IMG/VR virus record: IMGVR_UViG_3300005673_000003
Location: 84,729-148,728 of that record
DNA length: 64,000 nt
Reading direction: 5' to 3' (one strand)
Source of the DNA: a virus
This document shows, one piece after another, positions 46,712 to 56,838 of this stretch. Both the position numbers and the translations under genes were made by a program. The notes beneath the pieces are model-generated. The model saw only the letters and a list, made by a program, of their open reading frames with translations, searched no databases and was not told the DNA's origin. Every line of letters starts with the position of its first letter. The first letter of the stretch is position 1.

Positions 46712-48171
46712 GCGGTTTTGCTTTGTGCCCATGATGGAATCTCCATGATTACTTGAGGTTCGTAGTCGTCCAATTTCAAGCCATTGCAATGAATCAGCTT
46801 CTGTTCTGCAACAGCCTGCCTGAATCCAATTTGCTGAAGTTTATACTCGTGCTCTTTCTCTACCAATCGAGACTGGACATTGCCTGCCGTCTCAGCGAAT
46901 ACCCGATGAACATCAACAGCTTCAGTCTGCCCATTGCGATAATTGCGGTGCAGCGCTTGATGGTACTGCTCAAAACTGTAGCTGCTCCCCATCACGAAAA
47001 TCACCTTATGGCAATGCTGCCAGTTCATCCCCAGCCCTGCAATTTCAGGCTTGGTGGAAAACCGCTTGTAAATACCCTGGGAGTACCCAGTTAGCTTCTT
47101 ATGCTTACTGGCGCGAGTTTCAGAACCCCTAAGAATCGTTAGACCAGGAATCACTTTCTCCAGCTCATCTACTTCGTAATCAGTGAATGTCCAAATCTGC
47201 CAAGTTTCATCAGGCTCATTTTCGATAATTTCAGCTACCTTTCGAGCTAGTAGAGCGGCATTTTTCTTTTGCTCTTTGTGGACGGTGGTAGCCGAGTTTG
47301 ATGGAGTCCTGATTAAGGTTAGCTGCCCATCGCGATCGCATTCTTCACCTAACCCCATAGTGTGATCTACAGGGATAATATGGTTTACAACGTTGAGAGG
47401 CGGCAAATCCCAGCCTTCATCCGAGAATCCGAGGTCTGACGGCATATTTAAGCAAACTGCCCATGACGAAATCCACCTCCAGAAATCACGCCGGGAATGC
47501 GGCTTCAGTTTGTAATCTCCAGCTTTCATGGAGTTACGGATAAAGAATCGGGTGAGTAGCTGATCCCAGCCCTGAATTTCCAAAAATTCCGCCTGACCCT
47601 GCCATTCCAAAGGGTTGTTTGGTGCAGGCAGCGCGGAATAGCAAGATTTAAACTCAAATCCCTTAAACCAATCGCACAAAAACTGCTTAGTCTTGCCAGT
47701 CCAGTTCTTTAGGATAGAGCTTTCATCTAATGCGATCGCTTTGAACTGACTTAACACTGGCTCAAGCTTATCCAGTCGATCGTAGTTGGTGATGATAATG
47801 CTTGATTTAGACCGATTGGCGGTAGCGGCGGATTCAGCGTAATCCACCTGAATTCTGAACTTTTCGCCCTCGCTAACGGTCTGCTCTGCAACAGCCAAAG
47901 GAGCCAGTATTAAGGTTCTGGCATCTGTATAGCTGGCAGTATGCTTTGCCCATTCAAGCTGCATCCTGGTCTTACCTCGCCCATAATTGGCGTAACATCC
48001 AGACCGACCCAACCTAAGCTGCCATTGCACGATATGCGGCTGAAATTGATACTTCTCGCCGTATGATTCTGGATTCAACGCATCTATTGGCAGATCAAAT
48101 CCAGACTCCTTAGCCAGCAAGAACTTCGAGTTAATAAAATCCTGATAGCCTTCCATTGCATTACCTTCCAT
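46708..48171 (-). CDS. SNF2-like helicase
   Basis: GRGKT, LAPLAV, ITNYD, LDESSILK, TKPEIAGLGMNWQ, QALHR..RNGQ. Confidence 0.85.
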   Translation of the reverse strand: MEGNAMEGYQDFINSKFLLAKESGFDLPIDALNPESYGEKYQFQPHIVQWQLRLGRSGCYANYGRGKTRMQLEWAKHTASYTDARTLILAPLAVAEQTVSEGEKFRIQVDYAESAATANRSKSSIIITNYDRLDKLEPVLSQFKAIALDESSILKNWTGKTKQFLCDWFKGFEFKSCYSALPAPNNPLEWQGQAEFLEIQGWDQLLTRFFIRNSMKAGDYKLKPHSRRDFWRWISSWAVCLNMPSDLGFSDEGWDLPPLNVVNHIIPVDHTMGLGEECDRDGQLTLIRTPSNSATTVHKEQKKNAALLARKVAEIIENEPDETWQIWTFTDYEVDELEKVIPGLTILRGSETRASKHKKLTGYSQGIYKRFSTKPEIAGLGMNWQHCHKVIFVMGSSYSFEQYHQALHRNYRNGQTEAVDVHRVFAETAGNVQSRLVEKEHEYKLQQIGFRQAVAEQKLIHCNGLKLDDYEPQVIMEIPSWAQSKTA

Positions 48172-48188
48172 TGCATTAATTGATTGAT

Positions 48189-48641
48189 TTACTGGAAAGA
48201 CATTCTGTAAGCTGGGTTTCTCAATTTGGTTGCAGCCTCTGCGGATAGGCCGTAATTCCCAAGCTTCTGATTGATCCTGGCTCTTGGATCTGGTGATTTT
48301 TGAGCTATCTTCTCCTGAATTGGATCAACAATTCCCAAGCTTAGCTCGTACCAATCCCAGGCCAGCAATGCTTCCCCTCTATACAGAGATTCGCCCTCTG
48401 TACCTGGCGAACTATTACCAGAAGGACGAATCGGCTCTACACCCTCTTGATACCATCTCCAATGCACCAAAATGTATTCCCCTGCCTGGGAATACCAGAG
48501 GACATCAAATCTATCCCCAGCTTGCAGCTCTGGAGCGGTTTGCGCTGGATTGCCGTACTCATCCACCTCACTTAAGTCAGCAGAGGCGGCAGGGGTTGTA
48601 GGGGCAGCAAAGTAGATTGGAGGCAGGGGAGAAATAGGCAT
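48189..48641 (-). CDS. hypothetical protein
   Basis: coupled ORF. Confidence 0.55.
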   Translation of the reverse strand: MPISPLPPIYFAAPTTPAASADLSEVDEYGNPAQTAPELQAGDRFDVLWYSQAGEYILVHWRWYQEGVEPIRPSGNSSPGTEGESLYRGEALLAWDWYELSLGIVDPIQEKIAQKSPDPRARINQKLGNYGLSAEAATKLRNPAYRMSFQ

Positions 48642-49174
48642 TAGGTTAGCCCTATCAGTTTCTTAATTTCGAGAATCAATTTAAGGCTTTCAAGCGCGTT
48701 TTTGACTTGCTCGTAATCTTCAGGGTCATTGGAGATGGTTGCAGTGATAGCCTCTTGTAATTGGCTTTGCCAGTAGAAGATCGAGTCTTTGAGTTTCGCT
48801 ATCTCTGAGGAGTTTGCGGATAGCGACTCCGGCATCTCTTGAGGGGTTGCTGCGCTGGAATCCGCTTCTCCTGCTCCCTGCTTAATCAGCTCGATCGCTA
48901 ATCGGTTTGGATGAATTCCTTGAGCCGAATATTCGTAATCCGTGTAAGGGAGTTTTAGGTTATCCCAGTATCGGCTCCCTTCTGGAAGGCTGATAATTTC
49001 TACATCATAAGCTTCTCCATCACTGGAGCGGCATCGTAGAGAGCTAATCTCAGGCAAGACTTTTTTAGATAGGCTCAGAGCCGCTTCCCCTACCTGTTTT
49101 AAGCCTTCCGGTGTCCCTATCAGATAGGATGGCTCATGCTGAGAGGGCTGAGCGTAGACATGAATTGTTTGCAT
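48641..49174 (-). CDS. hypothetical protein
   Basis: first long ORF after the conserved promoter. Confidence 0.6.
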   Translation of the reverse strand: MQTIHVYAQPSQHEPSYLIGTPEGLKQVGEAALSLSKKVLPEISSLRCRSSDGEAYDVEIISLPEGSRYWDNLKLPYTDYEYSAQGIHPNRLAIELIKQGAGEADSSAATPQEMPESLSANSSEIAKLKDSIFYWQSQLQEAITATISNDPEDYEQVKNALESLKLILEIKKLIGLT

Positions 49175-49342
49175 GGGTTGCCTTTTAATTGATTGATTAA
49201 CTTAAGTCTAATTCCTAGACCGGGATAGTTTGCGAAGATGCTCCTTTGATTACCAAAAAAGCCAATGCATTTAATTGATGCAAAATAACTCGACTAAATG
49301 CATTGGCTGTACCCTTTAAGATACACATCATCGTGTATGCCA

Positions 49343-49389
49343 ATTATTACTTGAGTGCCAATAAAATGTCAATATCTATCAATCTTTTT
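49343..49389 (-). promoter_or_regulatory. conserved promoter, copy 4 (upstream of the helicase/MTase/que island)
   Basis: AAAAAGATTGATAGATA-TTGACA-N17-TAATAAT. Confidence 0.65.
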
Positions 49390-49610
49390 ATTTATAGCGA
49401 CTTCTAATCGATTGATTATTGATAATCAAAAATAGCTAAAAAAATAGCTGCCAGTTAGACTAGGGATCCTTTTCAGGTACCAACTGACAGCTATGCTAGA
49501 CGCTTTACTTGAGTGGTTATCTCGATAATATCCTGCCATAGATTCATGGTTAAAAGCAATTGGTTAAATAGTACTTAATGTGCTATCGACTAACAATAAT
49601 TGATTGATTT

Positions 49611-51266
49611 TTAGAGAAAGATTCGCCCATGTCCGCTACCTGGCCCCTCTACCGTCCAGCGCTTTCTGAGTACATCTCTGGTGTAGATCTTCCCCTGCCC
49701 ATCTGAGCCTGCATAGCCATTATTTAGATCTCCGTAAGGATCATTCACGATGTAATCACCAGAATCAGTTTTGCCGATAACTACTAGCATGTGACCTCCT
49801 CTTGGAGCGCTGAGGCTACCCCGATGCATGATGCCAATCACGATCGGCTTCTTTTTAGCTAACTGCTCATCCAGGCGATTAAAATCCAGGTTTTGGCTGT
49901 AAGTGGATTTGATTCCTATTGCGTTCAATGCCTGGGTTTGCACTCCATGATCTGTAGTATCTCCGTATCGTTTGACGTACTGAAAATACTCATCATCTGA
50001 ATTAATCTTCGCTCCCAGGTATTTTGCGACCATTGCACAAGATGAAGTATTGCAAGTTCGCTCTGGCTGCTCCTTATTATCCCTTTGGCTATAGTAGGGA
50101 ACTGGCAAGGCTCCCTTGATGCTTGCCGCTGCCGCTGCCGCTGCCGAGACATTTACTCCAGCATTTTGATTGAGGGGCATATTAGTATCCCCTCGAAATA
50201 CCTGCACCGGAGGCGCGTTCGGGTCAGGCATATAGGCCCAAACCTCCATTTCCAGAGTCGGGCCGCAATAGAATTTAATTTCCTCTACGGTCAAATCTCC
50301 ATCCAGCCCATCTCCATTTCCGGTGGTCTTGAAGGTCTTCTGCGGTGCTAATTGGATGAGTTCTGGATAGTTTGCCGGATTCATCAATCCGTGAAACATG
50401 ATAGCTTTCTGGAGATCGAGTAGATGCAAGCCCAGTGCTGCCGCCAAAGCATCAGCCATTGTCGGAGGGTTAGCGGCTCCCCCTGATACCGTCCGCACGC
50501 TACCATCACCCGGATCAACGCAGGAGTTTACCCCATAATCACCAGAGAGCGGTACTGCTCCAATCAAATCGGGCTTTAATGGCTCCTTAAATTCAGCAAG
50601 GCATCGGTCAACGCAGGGCTTAAAAATGCGTCCATAATCATTCTGGTAGCCACTGGACGATCCGTTTACTAATTGCCGCACCTTGGGCCAATTCGCTCCT
50701 TCTGCCGCCCCTTTGCATTGCTTGCCGCCAATTTGCCCGACCCAGTAGAGCATGGAGACTCTAGCCGATATTTCAGCGTCCAGCGCTTTATCGGGATTAG
50801 CTACCAGATCTACCCCTTTCAGCTTCTCAGAAGCCATTTTGTAATTGGCACGCCCAGTAAGCTGGATATACCCTCTACCCTTATATCTCCTACCGTCGCC
50901 AGGTCGAGTATTCCCCAGCTCTGCCCACCCCTCGTACTCATCCCCTGACGCATATTCGGGAATGGGTTTTAGTCCGGTTGTCTCCACGTAGAATGTAGCG
51001 ATTACTCCCGCTATCTGGTTTGGGCTGACGCAACCAAACTCGACCATTGCCTTAAAGATGAACGGGAGATTCTTTGCAACATCACCAGGATTAGCACCAG
51101 GGCAGCACTTGACTATCTTGCCGACCATCTCTTTCATGTACTCTACGGAGCCAGCCGGATTACCCGCAGAGTTTGCAGGCTGAGCACCAGCCGGAGCATT
51201 CGCAGGCTGGCTGGAAGTAGGCTGCAGGGGATTGGTGGAACCGACCGGAGCTAGAGCGTTAGCCAT
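49611..51266 (-). CDS. lysin: GH19 lysozyme/chitinase plus C39-like peptidase
   Basis: [23 protein letters not shown]; [25 protein letters not shown]. Confidence 0.85.
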   Translation of the reverse strand: MANALAPVGSTNPLQPTSSQPANAPAGAQPANSAGNPAGSVEYMKEMVGKIVKCCPGANPGDVAKNLPFIFKAMVEFGCVSPNQIAGVIATFYVETTGLKPIPEYASGDEYEGWAELGNTRPGDGRRYKGRGYIQLTGRANYKMASEKLKGVDLVANPDKALDAEISARVSMLYWVGQIGGKQCKGAAEGANWPKVRQLVNGSSSGYQNDYGRIFKPCVDRCLAEFKEPLKPDLIGAVPLSGDYGVNSCVDPGDGSVRTVSGGAANPPTMADALAAALGLHLLDLQKAIMFHGLMNPANYPELIQLAPQKTFKTTGNGDGLDGDLTVEEIKFYCGPTLEMEVWAYMPDPNAPPVQVFRGDTNMPLNQNAGVNVSAAAAAAASIKGALPVPYYSQRDNKEQPERTCNTSSCAMVAKYLGAKINSDDEYFQYVKRYGDTTDHGVQTQALNAIGIKSTYSQNLDFNRLDEQLAKKKPIVIGIMHRGSLSAPRGGHMLVVIGKTDSGDYIVNDPYGDLNNGYAGSDGQGKIYTRDVLRKRWTVEGPGSGHGRIFL

Positions 51267-51813
51267 GATGAGTCAATTTTTTTGAGTCTTTGGCAAGCTT
51301 GAGCAGTAACCGATTGAGCGCTATCTTGGCATTATCGAAATTCTTGAGAGCAGACTTGATCCGCCTATCATTAGCTTCCCTACAAATCTCCAGAAACCGT
51401 CTTTGCAAGATCAGCTTTTGAGTATCGACCTGGCCCAAATTAGAGATCAGGTATTCATCGCTCTTTAGGACAGCAAGCAGAGCGTCATTTGGCTCTGGGA
51501 TGCCATCTAAAAAGGTTTCTCCTGATTCCCTGCAATGCGTGCAGCTATAATCCCAAGCCTCGTAGAGCAATCCATACCACTTAAGGTAGTAATTCCTGAA
51601 TACTCCATATAGCTCCAACTGAATGGCGGATAGGTCAGCAATCTTTGCACCCGTCCCAGCAAAAAAATCATTTAAGCTCTGCATCAGCCACGGATAAGCA
51701 TCTGCTAAAACTCCCTTGAAGAGAAACTGCTGACTCTCTTCAAGGGATAGTAGAAGCTCCATTGGGGTTGGCTGGTTCGCTTTTCTAGACGAATGGTTCA
51801 TGCCAAAAATCAA
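51259..51813 (-). CDS. hypothetical protein
   Basis: coupled ORF. Confidence 0.5.
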   Translation of the reverse strand: MIFGMNHSSRKANQPTPMELLLSLEESQQFLFKGVLADAYPWLMQSLNDFFAGTGAKIADLSAIQLELYGVFRNYYLKWYGLLYEAWDYSCTHCRESGETFLDGIPEPNDALLAVLKSDEYLISNLGQVDTQKLILQRRFLEICREANDRRIKSALKNFDNAKIALNRLLLKLAKDSKKLTHHG

Positions 51814-51818
51814 TCAAT

Positions 51819-53945
51819 TTACAGATAGGGGCGAATGTAAGGAGTCACCGAAACCGGGAATGGATTCCAATTCTCGATCACTAGCCCATTGAGCCATTTC
51901 CCTTTCTGAGCTGCAATTTGCACCCCAGGAATGCTCTCGATTAGCCCAGCAAAGTAGTTATCGGTGGCGATAAACAATTCGCTGTAGTCTCTTGGTTGGG
52001 AGATTGTATCCCCCTGAGAGATGCCATCTACGCTACTGAGAAATAGATAATTGCTAGTTGGGTCAATGCTTAGCACAGAAGCTTCTGCAACGTCTTCATA
52101 GAGCGGAGTCCGCACCAGCGCCCTATCTCGCTTCCAAGCCAGCACCCCAGAGAGAGTTACTCGCTTCAATCCAGTACTAATTGCCGCAATTATTTGAGGA
52201 TCAACCGCTTCAAAAGGAAAGCGCACCGTTGCTTTCCCTGGAGAGGCAGATTCTCCGTAAACAATTACATCATCAATGCTCATACTAGGGAAAGGCTCTA
52301 GCGTGAGTACATTTCCGCTGATGCCTGAGATGATTGGAAGCCCTATTAAGTAATCGCCTCGCATCACCTTCACCGAAGTATTTAGCACGAATCCAGAAGC
52401 GCTCTTGACGGTAACAGTTCCGCTTCCTACTCCGGTCACGATCGTTTCTGCAACCGGAGGATTCTTAGCTGGCACCATCACCGGAGGTAGATTGATTAAT
52501 GGAGCGTGAGCGCTAATTGCAACCGAATCGATCGGTGTGCGGTTCTCGAATAATGCCAGTACTTCGAGCTTTGCCGGATCCCCTACGTTAACCTGCCCCT
52601 CCAATAAAGTTTCATCCCAGACGATAATCCGTTGCCAGCAGCGTAAGCCTTCAGAGGATAGTACGAAAGGAACGTTCGATTGACCGCTAAAATTGCTAGT
52701 TGCTGCCCGTCCAGCCAGGGAGCCGTTTACGTAAACGCTCAGGGTAGAGGTTGCTTCGGCTACCTGAACCAGAATCTTAGCTGGAGACGGTAACGCTTGC
52801 GGCAGGCTCACCACTGCGTTTCCAGCTTGAACTACCAACTTGCCGCTTGTAATAGTTCCGGTCAGGTTGCCCAAATTAAACAGATTCCCATTCCCCCTCC
52901 ATTCCTTTAACTCCAGGTAGAGAGCGAATGATTTTAGGCTACCAATGGGAGACTTGCGCCAGTGCAGTAAGCTCTTGGCGCGAGGCTCAATTTGCCCATC
53001 CTGATAGATCATGGAAGTACGGAATGAACGCTTCTCCAGTTGCATTCCACCCCAATCTACAGAGACGGTTTTCTCGCTGTACAGCTCAATGGTCACGCTT
53101 TGCATGGGAGCATTGAGCAGAGATGCTTTCATGGATGTGGTGTTTCCATCCGATACAATCGTGCTGGTTGAAACCGTGACAATAATTGATTGATTACCGA
53201 CGCTTGTAGCCGTATTCGTGGTGATCAGGTAGTTATGGTTATTGATTGATAGCTGTCCTCCCTTCCAGGAATCAACCGCTACGCTGTAGCCTACTGGAAT
53301 GGTCAGGGTAGCCGTATTCTGAGTTAGCGCGGTGATTGTGTATTGGAAGACTTGATGAGAGTTCCCCGGAGGAGTAGGGTTGCGGCCTCCAGTCTTGAAG
53401 GGTAGCGTGAGCAGTTTATAGAGGTTGCTGTAATCATTTAAGATTGTTAATCCAGCTTGATAAGTGCCGTCAATATCTCCAGTCACCCTGATGTAATCAT
53501 TAGCCCCGAATTTGCCGCCTCTGAGCCGCAAGATTGCTGATAGGGTGTAGTCGCTCCCAGCTTCTAATTGAAATGTCCTGGTCAGTTTCTGCCCGTCTCC
53601 AGTTCCGGTATCCCACCGGAGGCGATCGCTAGTTGGAGTACCATCGGGAGCATACTCGCCCATTCCGGCATAATCAGCTCTCACGCTGACCTGGGGGCTT
53701 CCTTTAATCCAGGCGGATTGGCTTAAATCCATATTCCAGGTAATCAGATTGGAGCAAGCAGGCTCTAATAGAAAACTGCCATCCTCATAGCTGATCCCTG
53801 GATGATGGGATTCGATCGGGTAGAGCTGTAAGCTTCCCGCAATTGTCCGCTCCAAATTCACTGGGGATTCGCGGCTCCATACTGCCGTATCTCCCACCGT
53901 ATCTAGGGATACCAAAGATCCCTCAATCGAAAACACTCTAGGCAT
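51819..53945 (-). CDS. virion protein with carbohydrate-binding/LamG-like domains
   Basis: LLEPACSNLI, WGGMQLEK, SVYVNGSL; start reassigned to MPRVF. Confidence 0.6.
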   Translation of the reverse strand: MPRVFSIEGSLVSLDTVGDTAVWSRESPVNLERTIAGSLQLYPIESHHPGISYEDGSFLLEPACSNLITWNMDLSQSAWIKGSPQVSVRADYAGMGEYAPDGTPTSDRLRWDTGTGDGQKLTRTFQLEAGSDYTLSAILRLRGGKFGANDYIRVTGDIDGTYQAGLTILNDYSNLYKLLTLPFKTGGRNPTPPGNSHQVFQYTITALTQNTATLTIPVGYSVAVDSWKGGQLSINNHNYLITTNTATSVGNQSIIVTVSTSTIVSDGNTTSMKASLLNAPMQSVTIELYSEKTVSVDWGGMQLEKRSFRTSMIYQDGQIEPRAKSLLHWRKSPIGSLKSFALYLELKEWRGNGNLFNLGNLTGTITSGKLVVQAGNAVVSLPQALPSPAKILVQVAEATSTLSVYVNGSLAGRAATSNFSGQSNVPFVLSSEGLRCWQRIIVWDETLLEGQVNVGDPAKLEVLALFENRTPIDSVAISAHAPLINLPPVMVPAKNPPVAETIVTGVGSGTVTVKSASGFVLNTSVKVMRGDYLIGLPIISGISGNVLTLEPFPSMSIDDVIVYGESASPGKATVRFPFEAVDPQIIAAISTGLKRVTLSGVLAWKRDRALVRTPLYEDVAEASVLSIDPTSNYLFLSSVDGISQGDTISQPRDYSELFIATDNYFAGLIESIPGVQIAAQKGKWLNGLVIENWNPFPVSVTPYIRPYL

Positions 53946-54735
53946 GGTTCCCCTCCTGCAATTTTTGCTGTTCTTGATGACTGGCGACATGATGTGCAGC
54001 CAGGATCAAAACCTTTTCCCTATCCTCCTCGGAAAGCGCTGCTAAGATAGTCAGAGCTTGGCTTTTCGCTGCAGTCAACTGATTCCCCGTCCTCAGCTCT
54101 GCCTCCCGATTTAATAGCGCTTCTCGCTGTTCTGGGGGGAGGCTGAATACGCTTTCCCCAACCCCTTCAGGCAATCCATTCTGAGCAGCCCAGACTCTAG
54201 CTGCAATAAATCGAGCTTGCCGCTCAAGTAGCATCGGGGCAGTAAACATTTCCTGCAATTCCTGATAGGTTAATGCAGTTGCTTCAGGATGCTCTGCCAG
54301 GATGCGATCTCGCTCCTGGATAGCGGCATCGCGCTCCATTAAGGCATCCCTGACTTCAGCTCTAGAGCGTACCAACTTACGAGTAGTCAGCTCGATATAA
54401 TCACGGCACGCTTCAAGATCATCCTGCTGTCTTTCGCTGGGATGGACAGCTTCAGCAAGGTCATTAACCTGTCGCTCCATTCGACGGATCTCGCGCTCTT
54501 GCTTGCGGCACTCAAAAATAAAGTTCTCAAGAGCGGATGATTTTTCATCAATAAACAGCTCAGCTTGTCGCAATCCACTAAACCAATGCTCCATTTCTCT
54601 GCGCCGGATTTCATGAATCACAGATGCGCGGGAATTGATTGATTTATTGCAGATTGGCAATTCTGCAATAGTCGTTGGCAGTTCCATTAAGCTGATTTTA
54701 GCCGTTTCCAAATTAACGTCCCGGTGTGTAGTCAC
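53938..54735 (-). CDS. coiled-coil protein (fibre-associated)
   Basis: heptad-rich; follows the kelch-like gene. Confidence 0.5.
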   Translation of the reverse strand: MTTHRDVNLETAKISLMELPTTIAELPICNKSINSRASVIHEIRRREMEHWFSGLRQAELFIDEKSSALENFIFECRKQEREIRRMERQVNDLAEAVHPSERQQDDLEACRDYIELTTRKLVRSRAEVRDALMERDAAIQERDRILAEHPEATALTYQELQEMFTAPMLLERQARFIAARVWAAQNGLPEGVGESVFSLPPEQREALLNREAELRTGNQLTAAKSQALTILAALSEEDREKVLILAAHHVASHQEQQKLQEGNHA

Positions 54736-55930
54736 TGACCATCCCCCTATCGGCGTAAACTCCTGGTAATGTCGTCCCTAGCGAATAAATCGCTTCAGTT
54801 GAGAATATAAATTTATTTGAAACTGCCATGCGGCTAAATTGGGCATCTTCCCCACCGAGCGTGTAACCAGCCGCTGACGACTGGCTTCCATCGACGCAAA
54901 CCGTCTGCTCTGCTAACGTGATGCCCATCGCTGAAAGTACCAGCCCGTCATAAGCAAGGCGAGAAATCCCATCGGTAACAGCAAATGAAGCGGTGCCAAC
55001 ATTCGTATTCGCCATGCCGCCTGCTACATACCCCACAGTAGGGCTACCAAAAGAAGCGTGGGAGATGTGCGCCCATGATAAAGCCCCACCCAGGACTGTA
55101 CAGTTTTGGGTGCCATAGTTGTAGCCCTCAACAGTTCTCAATTGAGAAGCGTATTCGGTCATAGTGCTCCAGTTGGATGTACCTCCGAAGAGGTATCCAT
55201 CGGTGCGGTTACTTGTTCCGTTATGGGCTGAATGTCGATTACCTGCCAGCTTATTCCCAAGAGGGGCCATGATGTCAGTGGAGAAATCAAGCTTATCCCC
55301 AGTCCTAACAGCAGTCCATGAGCTATCAGTTCCCCCAAGGAATACCCCTTGAGCGTAGTTGCAGATGCCAGATGCGCCAAACCGAGCTACGGATAAATCA
55401 ACGCCTATTCGAGCGATCGCAGGCTTATCAAAGCTTAGCTTATCCAGGCAAGCATAGAGATTCTGCCCCAAGCCTCCAGCGTAATATCCAGCCCAGTCAG
55501 TCATTGCGGTGCCAATATACAGCCTGATTTCTGAAAGCACCATGCCAACTTTAACTGCACTCTCATTCCCGAAGTAGAAAGCCATCATATCTGCCAGCGG
55601 GCTACCGTAAGCTCTGCCGCCTGCTAGATAGGCTACCGTACCCAGAATTCCTGCCTTCGGAATCGATCGCTTGCCGACCTCTGCAAAGGAGAGCGGTTGG
55701 TTTACAGCTCCGGTCAAGCGGTTTTGATTCTGGATGGTTTGGTACCCCAGAATTCGGCGGTTATTCGCCATCCTAAGCGCAGTGTCCCGGCTCTGGACTT
55801 GCAGAGCGGTCACTGCATCTAAAACGTCTTCAACTCCGATTATTGGATCTCCCGGCAGATTCGATGAGGCTATTTCTGCTGGGTAATCAGTAGGATAAAT
55901 CTTCAGGTTATTAATGCAAGTCATTGCCAC
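54713..55930 (-). CDS. kelch-like beta-propeller virion/fibre protein
   Basis: repeated GY.AGG/GY.FGG units about every 50 aa. Confidence 0.6.
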   Translation of the reverse strand: MAMTCINNLKIYPTDYPAEIASSNLPGDPIIGVEDVLDAVTALQVQSRDTALRMANNRRILGYQTIQNQNRLTGAVNQPLSFAEVGKRSIPKAGILGTVAYLAGGRAYGSPLADMMAFYFGNESAVKVGMVLSEIRLYIGTAMTDWAGYYAGGLGQNLYACLDKLSFDKPAIARIGVDLSVARFGASGICNYAQGVFLGGTDSSWTAVRTGDKLDFSTDIMAPLGNKLAGNRHSAHNGTSNRTDGYLFGGTSNWSTMTEYASQLRTVEGYNYGTQNCTVLGGALSWAHISHASFGSPTVGYVAGGMANTNVGTASFAVTDGISRLAYDGLVLSAMGITLAEQTVCVDGSQSSAAGYTLGGEDAQFSRMAVSNKFIFSTEAIYSLGTTLPGVYADRGMVSDYTPGR

Positions 55931-55957
55931 TCCAATTGATAATTGATTGATTTCCGA

Positions 55958-56389
55958 TTAATCGATTTGTAGCCTGATTCCATACTTATTGAAGATCAAA
56001 TTTATTTGGCTGATCTCCTCTGGAGTGAAATCAACTGGCATCCCCTCTCTAATGTTTGCAAGGGTTACACCCAGTATTTCCTCGTTTAAGCGAACGCTGA
56101 ACATTGTGAGCATTAAAGAAAAGTGATTATAAGCACTGGTTGTCAATGCTTTCGTTAAGAATGGCCGCAATTCGCCTAATAGGTTCTCTGTATCCTTCGG
56201 CTGTGGAAATATTTTCGACCAAAGTATCACTTGAGCGAAGCTTGGCTTAGGCGATTCGCTAAGCCATTCCAAGCCGTCATAAGAGTTGCCAGAAATTGTA
56301 AATTCATCTCCAGGGCAAGTCTTGCGTAGCAAGACTCCCAAGCTAAACGGCAGGGGTGTAGAAGCGGTGATTAACTCTTGCTGGCTCAT
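55958..56389 (-). CDS. tail-fibre assembly/XkdW-like protein
   Basis: PGDEFTISGNSYDGLEW...KP pattern. Confidence 0.45.
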   Translation of the reverse strand: MSQQELITASTPLPFSLGVLLRKTCPGDEFTISGNSYDGLEWLSESPKPSFAQVILWSKIFPQPKDTENLLGELRPFLTKALTTSAYNHFSLMLTMFSVRLNEEILGVTLANIREGMPVDFTPEEISQINLIFNKYGIRLQID

Positions 56390-56838
56390 AGTAGCTCCTC
56401 GACTGTGATGATTGAATTAGTGATCCCGCTAAGATTTATCGTTCCGCTGGTCGTGCCACCACCTAACTGCATTTGAGCCTTGTAAGTAAGGGTTTGACCT
56501 GCTACTCCGGGAGCATCATCCCAATTCAGGCTTACTGGAGCTGTCGCGATGGTGGTAAGCCCGTTAGTGTATCCAGCCGGATAGCCAAAGATGTTTAGCG
56601 GCGTTAAGTTCCGCATAAGCCTGAATTGCAGGTGTGGTGAAGTTCCTACTGCAAGCAGGCCATCAAGCATACCCCTGATGAGAATCAAGCTATTAGCAGC
56701 GATCGGGGTGATCTCAATGGCTAGCCCGGTATCGAAATAGCTGCCGCCGCTAGCCAATACGAATTCAGTAGATAGCAAAAACCTCTTGTACTGAAGACTC
56801 CTGCGACCAGGGATTATGAGTTTTTGCATTAGCTCCAT
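56386..56838 (-). CDS. tail fibre tip-like protein
   Basis: DTGLAIEITP...LTYKAQ...ITVEEL. Confidence 0.5.
   Translation of the reverse strand: MELMQKLIIPGRRSLQYKRFLLSTEFVLASGGSYFDTGLAIEITPIAANSLILIRGMLDGLLAVGTSPHLQFRLMRNLTPLNIFGYPAGYTNGLTTIATAPVSLNWDDAPGVAGQTLTYKAQMQLGGGTTSGTINLSGITNSIITVEELL

Noticed and set aside
39906-49593. 13-bp match TGCTATCGACTAA at 39906 and 49581
   Set aside because: Only two copies; one such match can arise by chance in 64 kb
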